Of a DNA stretch of 35,033 nucleotides, positions 26,851 to 35,033 are shown in pieces. The stretch's first letter is position 1. Every line of letters begins with the position of its first letter. Both the position numbers and the translations under genes were made by a program. The notes beneath the pieces were generated by a model. The model was given only the letters and a program-made list of their open reading frames with translations. It ran no database searches and was not told where the DNA came from. The stretch is from Dehalococcoidia bacterium (lineage in GTDB: Bacteria > Chloroflexota > Dehalococcoidia > GIF9 > AB-539-J10): assembly GCA_030626915.1 (NCBI GenBank), contig DAOUTC010000001.1:1-35033 (forward strand), written 5' to 3'.

Positions 26851-27792
26851 TTGGAGCTATCTATACCAAGTGTAAAGTGTGTTGAAACCGCTGGTAATTA
26901 TGGGTGTTTTCTTGCTGAACCTTTAGAGGTAGGGTTTGGTGTTACCTTAGGTAATGCCCTGCGTCGTGTACTCCTCAGTTCTCTACCTGGCGCTGCTGTA
27001 ACCTGGGTCAAGATTGAGGGAGTCCAGCATGAGTTTTCTAATATTCCTTGTGTCAAGGAGGATGTCATTGAATTCCTACTGAATGTTAAGGAGCTAAGGC
27101 TTCGACCTCTTTCCCATCAGCCGGGCAAGTTGATTCTGGAAGCAGAAGGAGAGGGTAAAGTCTGCGCTGCTGATATTAAGCAAACGGTAGACTTTCAAAT
27201 TGCTAATCCTGAGCTTCAATTAGCTACCTTGGATTCCGACCAGGCCAAACTTTATGCTGAGTTTAATGTAGAGTTAGGGAGGGGTTATGAATCGGCTAAA
27301 GCGGCTGATGGCTTGCCTGTGGGGGCACTGCCAGTGGATGCTATCTTCTCCCCGGTACGCAAAGTAAATTTCTCAGTGGAGTCTATCAAACCTGGAGAAG
27401 AAAGAAGCCCGGAAAAGCTGACCTTAGAGGTCTGGACTGATGGCACCATTTGTCCATGGGAAGCGGTTAGTCAAAGCGCCAACATTTTAATTAGTCAACT
27501 TGCCTCTTTTAAGGAACTTGAGACTCTGGTGGCGGAGCAGGCGGAGTTAGGCGGTGGTGTGCTAATTTCACCTGACCAATATAATACTCCCTTGGAAGAG
27601 CTAGGCTTATCTACTCGCGTTTGCAATAGTTTAAGGGGTGGTGGTATTTTGAATTTAGGGCAACTTGTAGAGAAGAATAGGGAAGGTTTGCTATCACTAC
27701 CCGGTTTTGGGAAAAAGTCTCGAAAAGAGGTGGAGGAGCTAATGTTAAAATTAGGTTTTCCTATTGCTTTAAGACCAGAGCATAAGAAATGA
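26851..27792 (+). CDS. rpoA: DNA-directed RNA polymerase alpha subunit
   Basis: [22 protein letters not shown] motif. The TTG at 26851, 10 nt after GGGGGAGG, gives the usual ~22 aa before EPLE. The upstream ATGs at 26779 and 26794 overlap rpsD and are less likely. Confidence 0.9.
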   Translation: MELSIPSVKCVETAGNYGCFLAEPLEVGFGVTLGNALRRVLLSSLPGAAVTWVKIEGVQHEFSNIPCVKEDVIEFLLNVKELRLRPLSHQPGKLILEAEGEGKVCAADIKQTVDFQIANPELQLATLDSDQAKLYAEFNVELGRGYESAKAADGLPVGALPVDAIFSPVRKVNFSVESIKPGEERSPEKLTLEVWTDGTICPWEAVSQSANILISQLASFKELETLVAEQAELGGGVLISPDQYNTPLEELGLSTRVCNSLRGGGILNLGQLVEKNREGLLSLPGFGKKSRKEVEELMLKLGFPIALRPEHKK

Positions 27793-28145
27793 GACATCAG
27801 ATAGCTGGACGGAAATTGAGTAGGCCTACCCATCACCGCTGGGCGCTATATCGAAATCAGGTAACTGCTCTTTTGGCTCATGGAAGGATTATCACCACTG
27901 AAGCTAAAGCTAGGGAGATTCAGAGCTTAGCTGAGAAGGTGATTACCTTGGGGAAAGATGGTAGTCTTGCTTCAAGGCGGCGAGCTTTAGCTTTTATTGC
28001 TGAAAAAAAGGTAGTTAAAAAGCTCTTTGATGAGATTGCTCCAGAATATTACGACCGAATGGGAGGGTACACACGACTGGTGAAGTTAGGGCCTCGTCGC
28101 GGTGATAATGCCCCTATGGCTCAAATTGAACTGGTTAAGCAGTGA
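27789..28145 (+). CDS. rplQ: 50S ribosomal protein L17
   Basis: [18 protein letters not shown]-terminus. Confidence 0.97.
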   Translation: MRHQIAGRKLSRPTHHRWALYRNQVTALLAHGRIITTEAKAREIQSLAEKVITLGKDGSLASRRRALAFIAEKKVVKKLFDEIAPEYYDRMGGYTRLVKLGPRRGDNAPMAQIELVKQ

Positions 28146-28915
28146 GAGCGGCTCAAATTGTTTTGCTCCTGGAGTACGATGGCACACGGTATCACGGCTT
28201 TCAATGGCAAGCTGGCTTACCTACTATTCAGGCTGAGTTGGAGCAGGCTGTAAAAAAGCTTTGTGGACAAAGCAGCAGAGTCATGGCAGCTAGTAGGACC
28301 GACGCTGGGGTGCATGCTAAAGGGCAGGTGCTAAGTTTCTGGGCGAAGTCTACATTGAGTACGATGACATTGGTTAAAGCACTAAACTATTACTTACCCG
28401 GTGATATCGCCGTCAAAGAGGCTTACAGGGTGAGCAATGATTTTAACGTCAGGCGTGATGTCCTGAGTCGGGAATATTGTTATTATATTTTGAATAGTAG
28501 AACCAGGTCGCCATTCAGCAAAATGTTTAGTCTATTTATACCCAAAATGCTGGATATTGAAGCGATGAACAAGGCATGTCAGCTTATGCAAGGCAAGCAT
28601 GATTTTATCTCCTTTGTTACTTCTGTAGATGACATAAGAAATACAGTGTGCCACGTTTATGAGGCAAAAGTTAGCCAGAAAGGAGATTTTGTTATTTTTC
28701 ATATAGAGGCTCATTCATTTTTGCCTCATCAGGTGCGCAATACAGTGGGACTCTTGAGCCGGTTAGGTTTAGGCAAAATAGGTGTTGGGGATTTCTATGA
28801 TATTATGGAGGCAAAGAGCTTGGGCTTAGCCAGTCCAACGGCTCCTGCTCGTGGTTTATGGCTTACCAAGGTCAATTATTCCAAGCCTCTCGGAGAGTGG
28901 AGTGAAAACTTATAG
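28142..28915 (+). CDS. truA: tRNA pseudouridine(38-40) synthase TruA
   Basis: GTG start. [13 protein letters not shown] and the catalytic RTDAGVHA motif. Confidence 0.94.
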   Translation: MRAAQIVLLLEYDGTRYHGFQWQAGLPTIQAELEQAVKKLCGQSSRVMAASRTDAGVHAKGQVLSFWAKSTLSTMTLVKALNYYLPGDIAVKEAYRVSNDFNVRRDVLSREYCYYILNSRTRSPFSKMFSLFIPKMLDIEAMNKACQLMQGKHDFISFVTSVDDIRNTVCHVYEAKVSQKGDFVIFHIEAHSFLPHQVRNTVGLLSRLGLGKIGVGDFYDIMEAKSLGLASPTAPARGLWLTKVNYSKPLGEWSENL

Positions 28916-29336
28916 CCCTAAGGCTAAGGATATGAGGCGAGAATGGCATGTGGTTGATGCCTCGGGAAAAACTTTGGGCAGGTTGGCATCTCAGGTAGCT
29001 AGTTTGCTTATGGGTAAACATAAGCCAATTTACTCTCCTCATCTTGATACTGGCGACTATGTTGTGGTGATTAATGCTGCTAAAATAAAGGTGTCTGGAA
29101 AGAAAACTGTGCAGAAGATTTATTATAGACATACTGGGTATCCTGGAGGCTTAAAAAGCCCAACTTTTAGAGAAGTGTTTAGTAGCCATCCCACTCGTGT
29201 TATTGAACTTGCCGTCAAGGGGATGTTGCCCCATAATCGTTTAGGCAGAGCCATGTTTAGGAAACTTAAAGTCTATCCTGGGAGTGAACATCCTCATCAT
29301 GCCCAGGTTGGGGAAAGGAAAGGTGATAACTCATGA
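28902..29336 (+). CDS. rplM: 50S ribosomal protein L13
   Basis: The GTG at 28902, 5 nt after GGAGAG, gives [30 protein letters not shown], which matches the family N-terminus. The track ORF is 5'-extended into truA. Confidence 0.93.
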   Translation: MKTYSPKAKDMRREWHVVDASGKTLGRLASQVASLLMGKHKPIYSPHLDTGDYVVVINAAKIKVSGKKTVQKIYYRHTGYPGGLKSPTFREVFSSHPTRVIELAVKGMLPHNRLGRAMFRKLKVYPGSEHPHHAQVGERKGDNS

Positions 29337-29728
29337 GCAATGAAAAATATATTTGGGCCACAGGTAAGCGCAAGTGTGCTATAGCGCAAGTCAGGGTTTT
29401 CCCGGGGGACGGAGGGGTAACGATTAACGATAGACCCTATGAAGAAGTTTTCCCTCGCCTTGAATATCGTCGTATGGTTGAAGCCCCTTTCCTGGCCACC
29501 GATACTATGGGCAAATTTCATGTTACGGTGAAGGTGAATGGTGGAGGAATGAGTGGCCAAGCAGGAGCTATTCGTCATGGTATCGCCCGAGCTCTGGCCA
29601 AGGAAAATGAGTTATTTAAACCTATGTTACGCAAAGAAGGCTTGCTTACCCGAGATGCCAGGATTAAAGAGCGTAAGAAATATGGTCTTAAACGAGCTCG
29701 TAAGGCACCGCAATTTACCAAACGCTAA
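29333..29728 (+). CDS. rpsI: 30S ribosomal protein S9
   Basis: 131 aa ending KAPQFTKR. Confidence 0.97.
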   Translation: MSNEKYIWATGKRKCAIAQVRVFPGDGGVTINDRPYEEVFPRLEYRRMVEAPFLATDTMGKFHVTVKVNGGGMSGQAGAIRHGIARALAKENELFKPMLRKEGLLTRDARIKERKKYGLKRARKAPQFTKR

Positions 29729-29762
29729 ATCCCAGTCTCCATTTCCAAAGAAAGATAAGGCA

Positions 29763-30332
29763 TTGAACGAGCAGTTTCACCCCCGCAAAGACAACGTAGC
29801 TTTTGTGATAATAGATTTCCAGGATAAAATGGTGGCTGCAGTAGAGGAGGATATCCGGAGGAAAGTTACCGAAAATATTGAACTTTTGGTTGATTTAGCC
29901 AGACTTATGCATATCCCAGTTATAATAACAGAACAATATCCTCAGGGGCTTGGCAAAACAACTGGTGAGTTAACACAGAAATTAGGTGATTTGTATCAAC
30001 CTATTGAAAAACTCACCTTTAGTTGCTATGCCCATCCACCCTTTCAGGAAAAAATAAAAAGCCTTTGTGTTAGGCATCTCATTTTGACCGGTATTGAAAC
30101 GCATGTTTGCGTATTACAGACAGCTTTGGATTTGCTAGCCGATGGTTATGAGGTTAGCCTGGTAAGAGATGCAGTCTGTTCCCGTTATAAATCAGATTGG
30201 GAAGTGGGGTTAAAAATGGTTGAGCAAGCTGGAGGAGTGATAACTAGCACTGAAGTCGTAATCTTCCAACTGCTTGAACGAGCGGGTACCGCTGAATTTA
30301 AATTCCTCTCTCCTTTGCTGAAGCGGAGGTAA
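29763..30332 (+). CDS. Isochorismatase-family cysteine hydrolase
   Basis: AFVIIDFQ and LTGIETHVCVLQTALD motifs (Asp and Cys of the catalytic triad). The track ORF is extended into rpsI. The TTG at 29763 is the first in-frame start after the rpsI stop, so the start is uncertain. Confidence 0.8.
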   Translation: MNEQFHPRKDNVAFVIIDFQDKMVAAVEEDIRRKVTENIELLVDLARLMHIPVIITEQYPQGLGKTTGELTQKLGDLYQPIEKLTFSCYAHPPFQEKIKSLCVRHLILTGIETHVCVLQTALDLLADGYEVSLVRDAVCSRYKSDWEVGLKMVEQAGGVITSTEVVIFQLLERAGTAEFKFLSPLLKRR

Positions 30333-30336
30333 GGTT

Positions 30337-30999
30337 TCATCTCACTTTAATTCGGATTAAGATATCTCCAGGTTGGCTGTCAGTTATGCGGCGAGCGTTA
30401 GTTAATCTAACCGCGCTGCCCGTTTTTACTCCCGGGGGAATCTTTACTTCCAGTCTTTTTCCTTTTCTTCTCAGTAATTTTACTGTTCCTTGGGAAGCCT
30501 CTGTTGGGGTAATTGTAAGTTCGTAGTGAACATCTTGCTGCTGAACTCTCTGAGCTTGACCGAATATCTCATCCAGGTTAATTCTTTCCCCTGGCCAAGC
30601 TTCAAACCTTACTCCTGGCCTGGCGAAATTTTTAAAGGAGAACGAGCTTCCCTTACCCTTTAAGAAATCACCAAATATGTTGTCCAGAAAGTCAAATCCA
30701 AGGCCAGCTCCGCCAAAGTCCTTTATCGTATCTTCGAAGGTCGCTCTGGTAAAGGGACTTCCAAAAATATCACCAACATGGCCAATTGTGCCGAATTGGT
30801 CATATTGTCTTCTTTTTTTGGGGTCTCCCAGGGCCGCATAGGCTTCGTTTATCTGCTTGAACTTTTCATTAGCCCATTTTTCTCTCCCTGGGTTGCGGTC
30901 GGGATGATACTGCATAGCCAGTTTTCTGTAGGCTTTTTTAATCTCCTCCTCCGAAGCGTTTCTGGGCACTCCTAAAATTCGATAGTAATCTTTAGTCAT
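30337..30999 (-). CDS. J-domain protein (DnaJ/CbpA-like, lacks the zinc-finger repeats)
   Basis: DYYRILGV...YHPDRN J domain, a Gly/Phe-rich segment and one C-terminal beta domain. No CxxCxGxG motif. Confidence 0.85.
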   Translation of the reverse strand: MTKDYYRILGVPRNASEEEIKKAYRKLAMQYHPDRNPGREKWANEKFKQINEAYAALGDPKKRRQYDQFGTIGHVGDIFGSPFTRATFEDTIKDFGGAGLGFDFLDNIFGDFLKGKGSSFSFKNFARPGVRFEAWPGERINLDEIFGQAQRVQQQDVHYELTITPTEASQGTVKLLRRKGKRLEVKIPPGVKTGSAVRLTNARRITDSQPGDILIRIKVR

Positions 31000-31109
31000 T
31001 CTTACCCTTTAATTTGCCGCACTTTAGTTAACCTTTATTGAGTTTGCTTGTCTCACTCAGTAAATTCAAACTATCAGGTATACACTAAGCCTGTAATCTC
31101 AGTAAGAAG

Positions 31110-31673
31110 TTACGTTTCTTCTACACTTATTCCTTTATCTTTAGTGCGGTGTTTACCTGACCACAAACCCTTGAAGAAACTTCGGTTCAGTAGATGTTGG
31201 TTATCCGCTACATCCAGAAGGTCTTTAGATATACTTCTTTCAAAATAGGCTACCTCCACATACTTGCCTATGTTCTTCACAGCTTGAAGAGCATAAGCGA
31301 AGTCAGAATCCCCGCTCACCAGCACTGCCACATCGTAGAGATCTCTCCAGGCGAAATGCAGCATATCTGTAGCTAACATAATATCTATACCTTTTTCAAC
31401 AGGTCCTCCCTGTGCCATTTTGGTGCTTCCTAGTCGAACCTCCAGATATGGCGTCTTACGAAGTATATCAAGGAACTCCTGTTGTTCGCGATGGGCATCG
31501 GGCCAGCGGGTTGGGTCTTGCAGGATGTTGTAATAGTATGTTCGGAATAATTGTCTCGTCCCTACGAGCTTATTGGCAAACTCTGCGAAGTTGAGGTTGT
31601 GGCGCCCGAAGTTGCCTTGCAGAGCATGATACAAATTGCTCCCATCTATGAAGATTGCAACCCTATCTCCCAT
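31110..31673 (-). CDS. NYN-domain (LabA-like) protein, putative RNase
   Basis: VAIFIDGSNL and VLVSGDSDFAYAL motifs. I prefer the ATG at 31673 because the track's GTG at 31763 has no spacing from its AAAGG. Confidence 0.8.
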   Translation of the reverse strand: MGDRVAIFIDGSNLYHALQGNFGRHNLNFAEFANKLVGTRQLFRTYYYNILQDPTRWPDAHREQQEFLDILRKTPYLEVRLGSTKMAQGGPVEKGIDIMLATDMLHFAWRDLYDVAVLVSGDSDFAYALQAVKNIGKYVEVAYFERSISKDLLDVADNQHLLNRSFFKGLWSGKHRTKDKGISVEET

Positions 31674-31926
31674 GATTTTTCTCTTTGAGAAGAGCCAATG
31701 ACTTTTAACTTTATCTACACGCCTCCGAGGCCCATTATACACCAGCAAGCCTTCCCTTTTCACCTTTCTTGAGTTAATAAATTGTCTTACAAAGTTAATG
31801 CTTTAAAAGTAACTTGCATCTTACTTACTCATGCCACGGGAGTCATTACACCATCCAGCGAAGTGTGCCGAGGAGCTTCACCTACTTTTTATAGGATGGA
31901 TACAGATAAGCTTCCAGATTTTATAC

Positions 31927-32003
<77 letters not shown>

Positions 32004-32087
32004 AGACTAGCTAGTTATTATATCAAAATAGCCTGTATTAGTGGTAATTTCGCAAGGTAGATGCTGACTTCTGTTAACAACCACAGC

Positions 32088-32639
32088 CTAGCTTTTACTG
32101 CCGGGTCTTACTAAGGGGATATGAGCAGCGCAGAGGGGGCATTCTTCAGCCGTATAAACTACTGTGGGACTGCAAATGCAACTAAAGAGAGGCACAGCAA
32201 AGTCTATCTTTTCTGTGCTGCGGTTGATAAGCACTCCAATGCCAATAACGATGCCACCAAGTTTCTCTACAGCGTTCATCGTTCCTCTGATCGAGCCACC
32301 TGTGGTCAGGATGTCATCAACTATGAGAACCCTTTCACCAGGTGCGATGTTAAAGTCACGACGAAAAACCCTTATTCCTTCCTCCTTTTCAGCAAAGATG
32401 CTTCTCACTCCTAGCTGACGAGCAGTTTCAAAAGAGAGGATAATGCCACCAGTGGTTGGTCCGGCAACCAGTTCTATTTTTTGCTGTTTAAAGTGTTGCG
32501 CAATAAGGCGACACAGCTTCTCAGTATAGTGTGGGTATTGCAAGATACGAAACTTCTCCCAATATAGGGGTGAATGTAATCCAGAGGTGAGTAGGAAATG
32601 CCCCTCCTTTACCGCCCCACTCATCTTGAATATCTCCAT
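32088..32639 (-). CDS. pyrE: Orotate phosphoribosyltransferase
   Basis: GHFLLTSGLHS and the PRPP loop VLIVDDILTTGGS. The ATG at 32639 lies 4 nt after the lepB stop. The track ORF is extended into lepB. Confidence 0.88.
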   Translation of the reverse strand: MEIFKMSGAVKEGHFLLTSGLHSPLYWEKFRILQYPHYTEKLCRLIAQHFKQQKIELVAGPTTGGIILSFETARQLGVRSIFAEKEEGIRVFRRDFNIAPGERVLIVDDILTTGGSIRGTMNAVEKLGGIVIGIGVLINRSTEKIDFAVPLFSCICSPTVVYTAEECPLCAAHIPLVRPGSKS

Positions 32640-32643
32640 TACT

Positions 32644-33240
32644 TCATGGCTCAAATTGCACCTCCAACTGGCTGCAAAATACTGCTTCTTGCTCACCTGC
32701 CTCGCTTAACTCGGGGTAGCTGTAATGTTTTACCAACCCCCACTTGCCTGATGGCCAGTAAACAAGCCAGGCCTTGCCGATGATATCGTCTCTGGAGACA
32801 GGCCCCCAAGAACGGGAATCATTGCTATCGTTACGATTGTCTCCCAGAACAAAGTATTGGTCATCAAGCATTTTCTCTGGGCCAAAGTCCTTATTGTGTC
32901 GCGGTGGCTCTGGAAAGATATAAGGTTCATCTATAGGAATATCATTGATGAAAACCTTGCCATCTTTAATCTCCACGTTCTCGCCAGGAAGAGCAATAAC
33001 TCGCTTGATAAATGGGTATTTTGACCCAACTTCCTCGCGCGGCCTAAAAACAATCACCTCTCCACGTTCGGGGTCCGAGAAGAAATAGCTTGCTTTATTT
33101 ACCATAATCCACTCGCCATCTTCAATGTTCGGCAGCATACAGGAATATTGTACTCTGTAGCCTTGTATGGTAGCTTTAATAGTAGCGAAGATAGCAATGG
33201 CTATAAGGATAGTTATGCCAATTTCGCGCATGATTTTCAT
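32644..33240 (-). CDS. lepB: Signal peptidase I
   Basis: N-terminal TM helix, catalytic Ser box YSCMLPN, Lys box KRVIALPG, and GDNRNDSNDSR. ATG at 33240, or the track's TTG at 33267. Confidence 0.92.
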   Translation of the reverse strand: MKIMREIGITILIAIAIFATIKATIQGYRVQYSCMLPNIEDGEWIMVNKASYFFSDPERGEVIVFRPREEVGSKYPFIKRVIALPGENVEIKDGKVFINDIPIDEPYIFPEPPRHNKDFGPEKMLDDQYFVLGDNRNDSNDSRSWGPVSRDDIIGKAWLVYWPSGKWGLVKHYSYPELSEAGEQEAVFCSQLEVQFEP

Positions 33241-33324
33241 CGCGAAGGCTATTTTAGCATAAACCAAGGGCCAATTTATTCGTTATATAGTGTCAGAAGG
33301 TTACTTTTACAAAGGGAGGTTTAA

Positions 33325-34068
33325 GTGAAAAAGACTTTGTGGTTAATTCCTTGTTTGATAGCGGTGTTGGCATTAGGTGCTGTTGGCTGTGCCCCGGGAG
33401 GTGGGCAAGGGGTCATTTCTATCACACCACAGCAAAATACCGGGATATGGGTTAATGGTCAAGGGGAAGCAATGGCAGTTCCTGATATAGCTGAGCTACG
33501 CCTTGGAGTCGAGGCTCGGGCGGATACAGTAGCTGAAGCTCAGACACAAGCAAGTGAGGCAATGGATAAGGTGATGCAGTCATTAAAAGACAATGGTGTA
33601 GCAGAGAAGGATATTCAGACGCAGCGGTTTAGCATCTATCCCGTGACAAGATGGGTTAAAGAGAAAGATGAGGAGGAAATTATTGGTTATCGAGTGACCA
33701 ATACAGTGCTTACCAAGATAAGAGAGATAGATAAAGCTGGCATTATTATCGATGCTGTAGTCGAAGCCGGTGGCGATTACATTAGAATTCAGGGCATAAG
33801 CTTTAGCATAGATGACCCCACCCCATATTATGAAGAGGCGCGAGCTAAAGCAGTGGAAGATGCTAAAAATAAAGCAGCGCAATTGGCTGAATCGGCTGGC
33901 GTTACGCTAGGTAAGCCCACTTATATTTCTGAGGGAGCCATATATCGGCCAGAACTTCCCAGGCTCGTTGAGGAAGCAGGTGGTATGGCTCCTGCCCCTG
34001 AGACTCCTGTAAGCCCTGGTGAGTTAAAAATCACGGTCAACGTCCAGATAGTTTATGCCATAGTTTAA
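33325..34068 (+). CDS. SIMPL-domain (DUF541) protein, probable lipoprotein
   Basis: GTG start 5 nt after AGGGAGG. Signal peptide ending LGAVGC. SIMPL-like repeat architecture. Confidence 0.8.
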   Translation: MKKTLWLIPCLIAVLALGAVGCAPGGGQGVISITPQQNTGIWVNGQGEAMAVPDIAELRLGVEARADTVAEAQTQASEAMDKVMQSLKDNGVAEKDIQTQRFSIYPVTRWVKEKDEEEIIGYRVTNTVLTKIREIDKAGIIIDAVVEAGGDYIRIQGISFSIDDPTPYYEEARAKAVEDAKNKAAQLAESAGVTLGKPTYISEGAIYRPELPRLVEEAGGMAPAPETPVSPGELKITVNVQIVYAIV

Positions 34069-34094
34069 CTACCTGAAAGATTGATATCTTGCTT

Positions 34095-34135
34095 GCCTCC
34101 TCCGGCCTCAAAGGTGGGAGGAGGCTTATGTATTT
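34095..34135 (+). terminator. Putative rho-independent terminator
   Basis: 9-bp GC-rich stem GCCTCCTCC (34095-34103) / GGAGGAGGC (34117-34125), followed by TTATGTATTTC. The T tract is interrupted. Confidence 0.5.
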
Positions 34136-34183
34136 CTAACCTTGCCCTCCATCCTTTTCCAGTGCTAATATCTATTTATTCTT

Positions 34184-34256
34184 GGGCCGCTAGCTCAATC
34201 GGAAGAGCAGCTGACTCTTAATCAGCCGGTTCAGGGTTCGAGTCCCTGGCGGCTCA
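34184..34256 (+). tRNA. tRNA-Lys (anticodon CUU), CCA not encoded
   Basis: 73-nt cloverleaf GGGCCGC TA GCTC..GAGC A GCTGA CTCTTAA TCAGC CGGTT CAGGG TTCGAGT CCCTG GCGGCTC A. A possible promoter is TTGCCC-N18-TAATAT at 34142-34171. Confidence 0.93.
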
Positions 34257-34310
34257 TTGTGGGCAACCTTCAAGATAACCAAGGACAAAGCCTATAAGTG
34301 CATGGTAGAT

Positions 34311-35006
34311 ATGGCTATTATTATCAGGCAGAATGTTCAAAAAATACTGTCTGCGCTGCCAGATGGGGTTGAGTTGGTGGCAGCGGCGAAAGCAAGGACG
34401 CCTGAGGAGATTCTGGAGGCGGTTGAGGCTGGCGTAGAAATCATCGGAGAGAACTACGTCCAGGAAGCAAGAAAGGCATATGAAGTAGTGGGGAAGAAAG
34501 CGAAGTGGCATTTCATCGGCACTTTGCAGAAACATAATGTAAGAAGAAAAACACTGGAATTGTTCGATATGATAGAAACCGTTGATTCTTTAAAAATAGC
34601 ACAGGAAATTGACAAGAGGTGTGCCCAGATTGGCAAGGTGATGCCTATATTAATTGAGATAAATAGCGGTCGAGAAAAACAAAAAGCGGGAGTGCTCCCG
34701 GAGAATGCTGAGCGGTTAATAAGAGAGATCTCCACTCTGGGGAATGTCAAGGTAATGGGACTTATGACTATGGGACCTCGTTTTGGGAACCCTGAAGATT
34801 CAAGACCTTATTTTGTGGAAACGAAAAAGATATTTGAAAGAATCAAAAAACTTAATTTGCCTAACATGCAGATGAGGTATCTCTCTATGGGGATGACAAA
34901 TTCTTATAAAATTGCCCTAGAGGAGGGTGCCAACATAGTGAGAATAGGCAGTAAGATATTTGGTGAGAGGAATTATGAGGCTACTACAAAAGCTCCAAGC
35001 CCCTGA
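34311..35006 (+). CDS. yggS: YggS-family pyridoxal-phosphate homeostasis protein
   Basis: ELVAAAK (PLP lysine context), GENYVQEA, and SMGMTNSYKIALEEGANIVRIGSKIFG. The track's TTG at 34257 abuts the tRNA, so the ATG at 34302 or 34311 is more likely. Confidence 0.88.
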   Translation: MAIIIRQNVQKILSALPDGVELVAAAKARTPEEILEAVEAGVEIIGENYVQEARKAYEVVGKKAKWHFIGTLQKHNVRRKTLELFDMIETVDSLKIAQEIDKRCAQIGKVMPILIEINSGREKQKAGVLPENAERLIREISTLGNVKVMGLMTMGPRFGNPEDSRPYFVETKKIFERIKKLNLPNMQMRYLSMGMTNSYKIALEEGANIVRIGSKIFGERNYEATTKAPSP

Positions 35007-35033
35007 CTACATCATTAAGGTCAACAAAGGGCG

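Noticed and set aside
29553-29762. The 5' portions of track ORFs that overlap upstream genes: 29553 (into rpsI), 28851 (into truA), 26163 (into rpsK), 26779 (into rpsD), 19475 (into rplE), 16108 (into rplB), 15279, 11204, 10027, 8606, 6108, 32696 and 34257.
   Set aside because: In each case an internal start with a proper ribosome-binding site reproduces the conserved family N-terminus and begins at or just after the upstream stop. The extensions translate ribosome-binding sites, operators or the neighbouring gene's 3' end.

Overview
This looks like the chromosomal core of a compact, moderate-GC bacterium. Gene content and layout resemble Dehalococcoidia/Chloroflexota, but that is inference only.

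Left to right:
- An ISL3-family insertion sequence (29-1335).
- A 276-bp gene-free gap holding an orphan near-consensus promoter and a purine/GGA-rich candidate sRNA of about 165 nt.
- A minus-strand block: nrdR, nrdJ and a GAF / nuclease-like / HPRT fusion, then ftsZ, ftsA, rsmH and mraZ. This is a dcw cluster with no peptidoglycan genes.
- Back-to-back TTGACAAA promoters.
- A 19.4-kb plus-strand ribosomal super-operon of 37 genes, rpsL-rpsG-fusA-rpsJ through rplO-secY-adk-map-infA-rpmJ-rpsM-rpsK-rpsD-rpoA-rplQ-truA-rplM-rpsI. It contains two genes under 60 aa that the ORF track misses: rpmJ, and a bS22-like 30-aa ORF between rplW and rplB.
- An isochorismatase-family hydrolase, a J-domain protein, a NYN-domain protein, tRNA-Ala(UGC), pyrE, lepB, a SIMPL lipoprotein, tRNA-Lys(CUU) and yggS.

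I saw no rRNA, CRISPR array, or recognisable defence or secondary-metabolite locus.

The items most worth a second look:
1. The orphan promoter plus GGA-rich RNA.
2. The bS22-like micro-ORF inside the S10 operon.
3. The GAF / PD-(D/E)xK-like / HPRT tri-domain protein, apparently co-transcribed with nrdR-nrdJ.
4. The minimal dcw cluster with GTGGG operator repeats.

Many ORF-track starts are 5'-extended. I corrected them from ribosome-binding sites, upstream stop codons and family N-termini.
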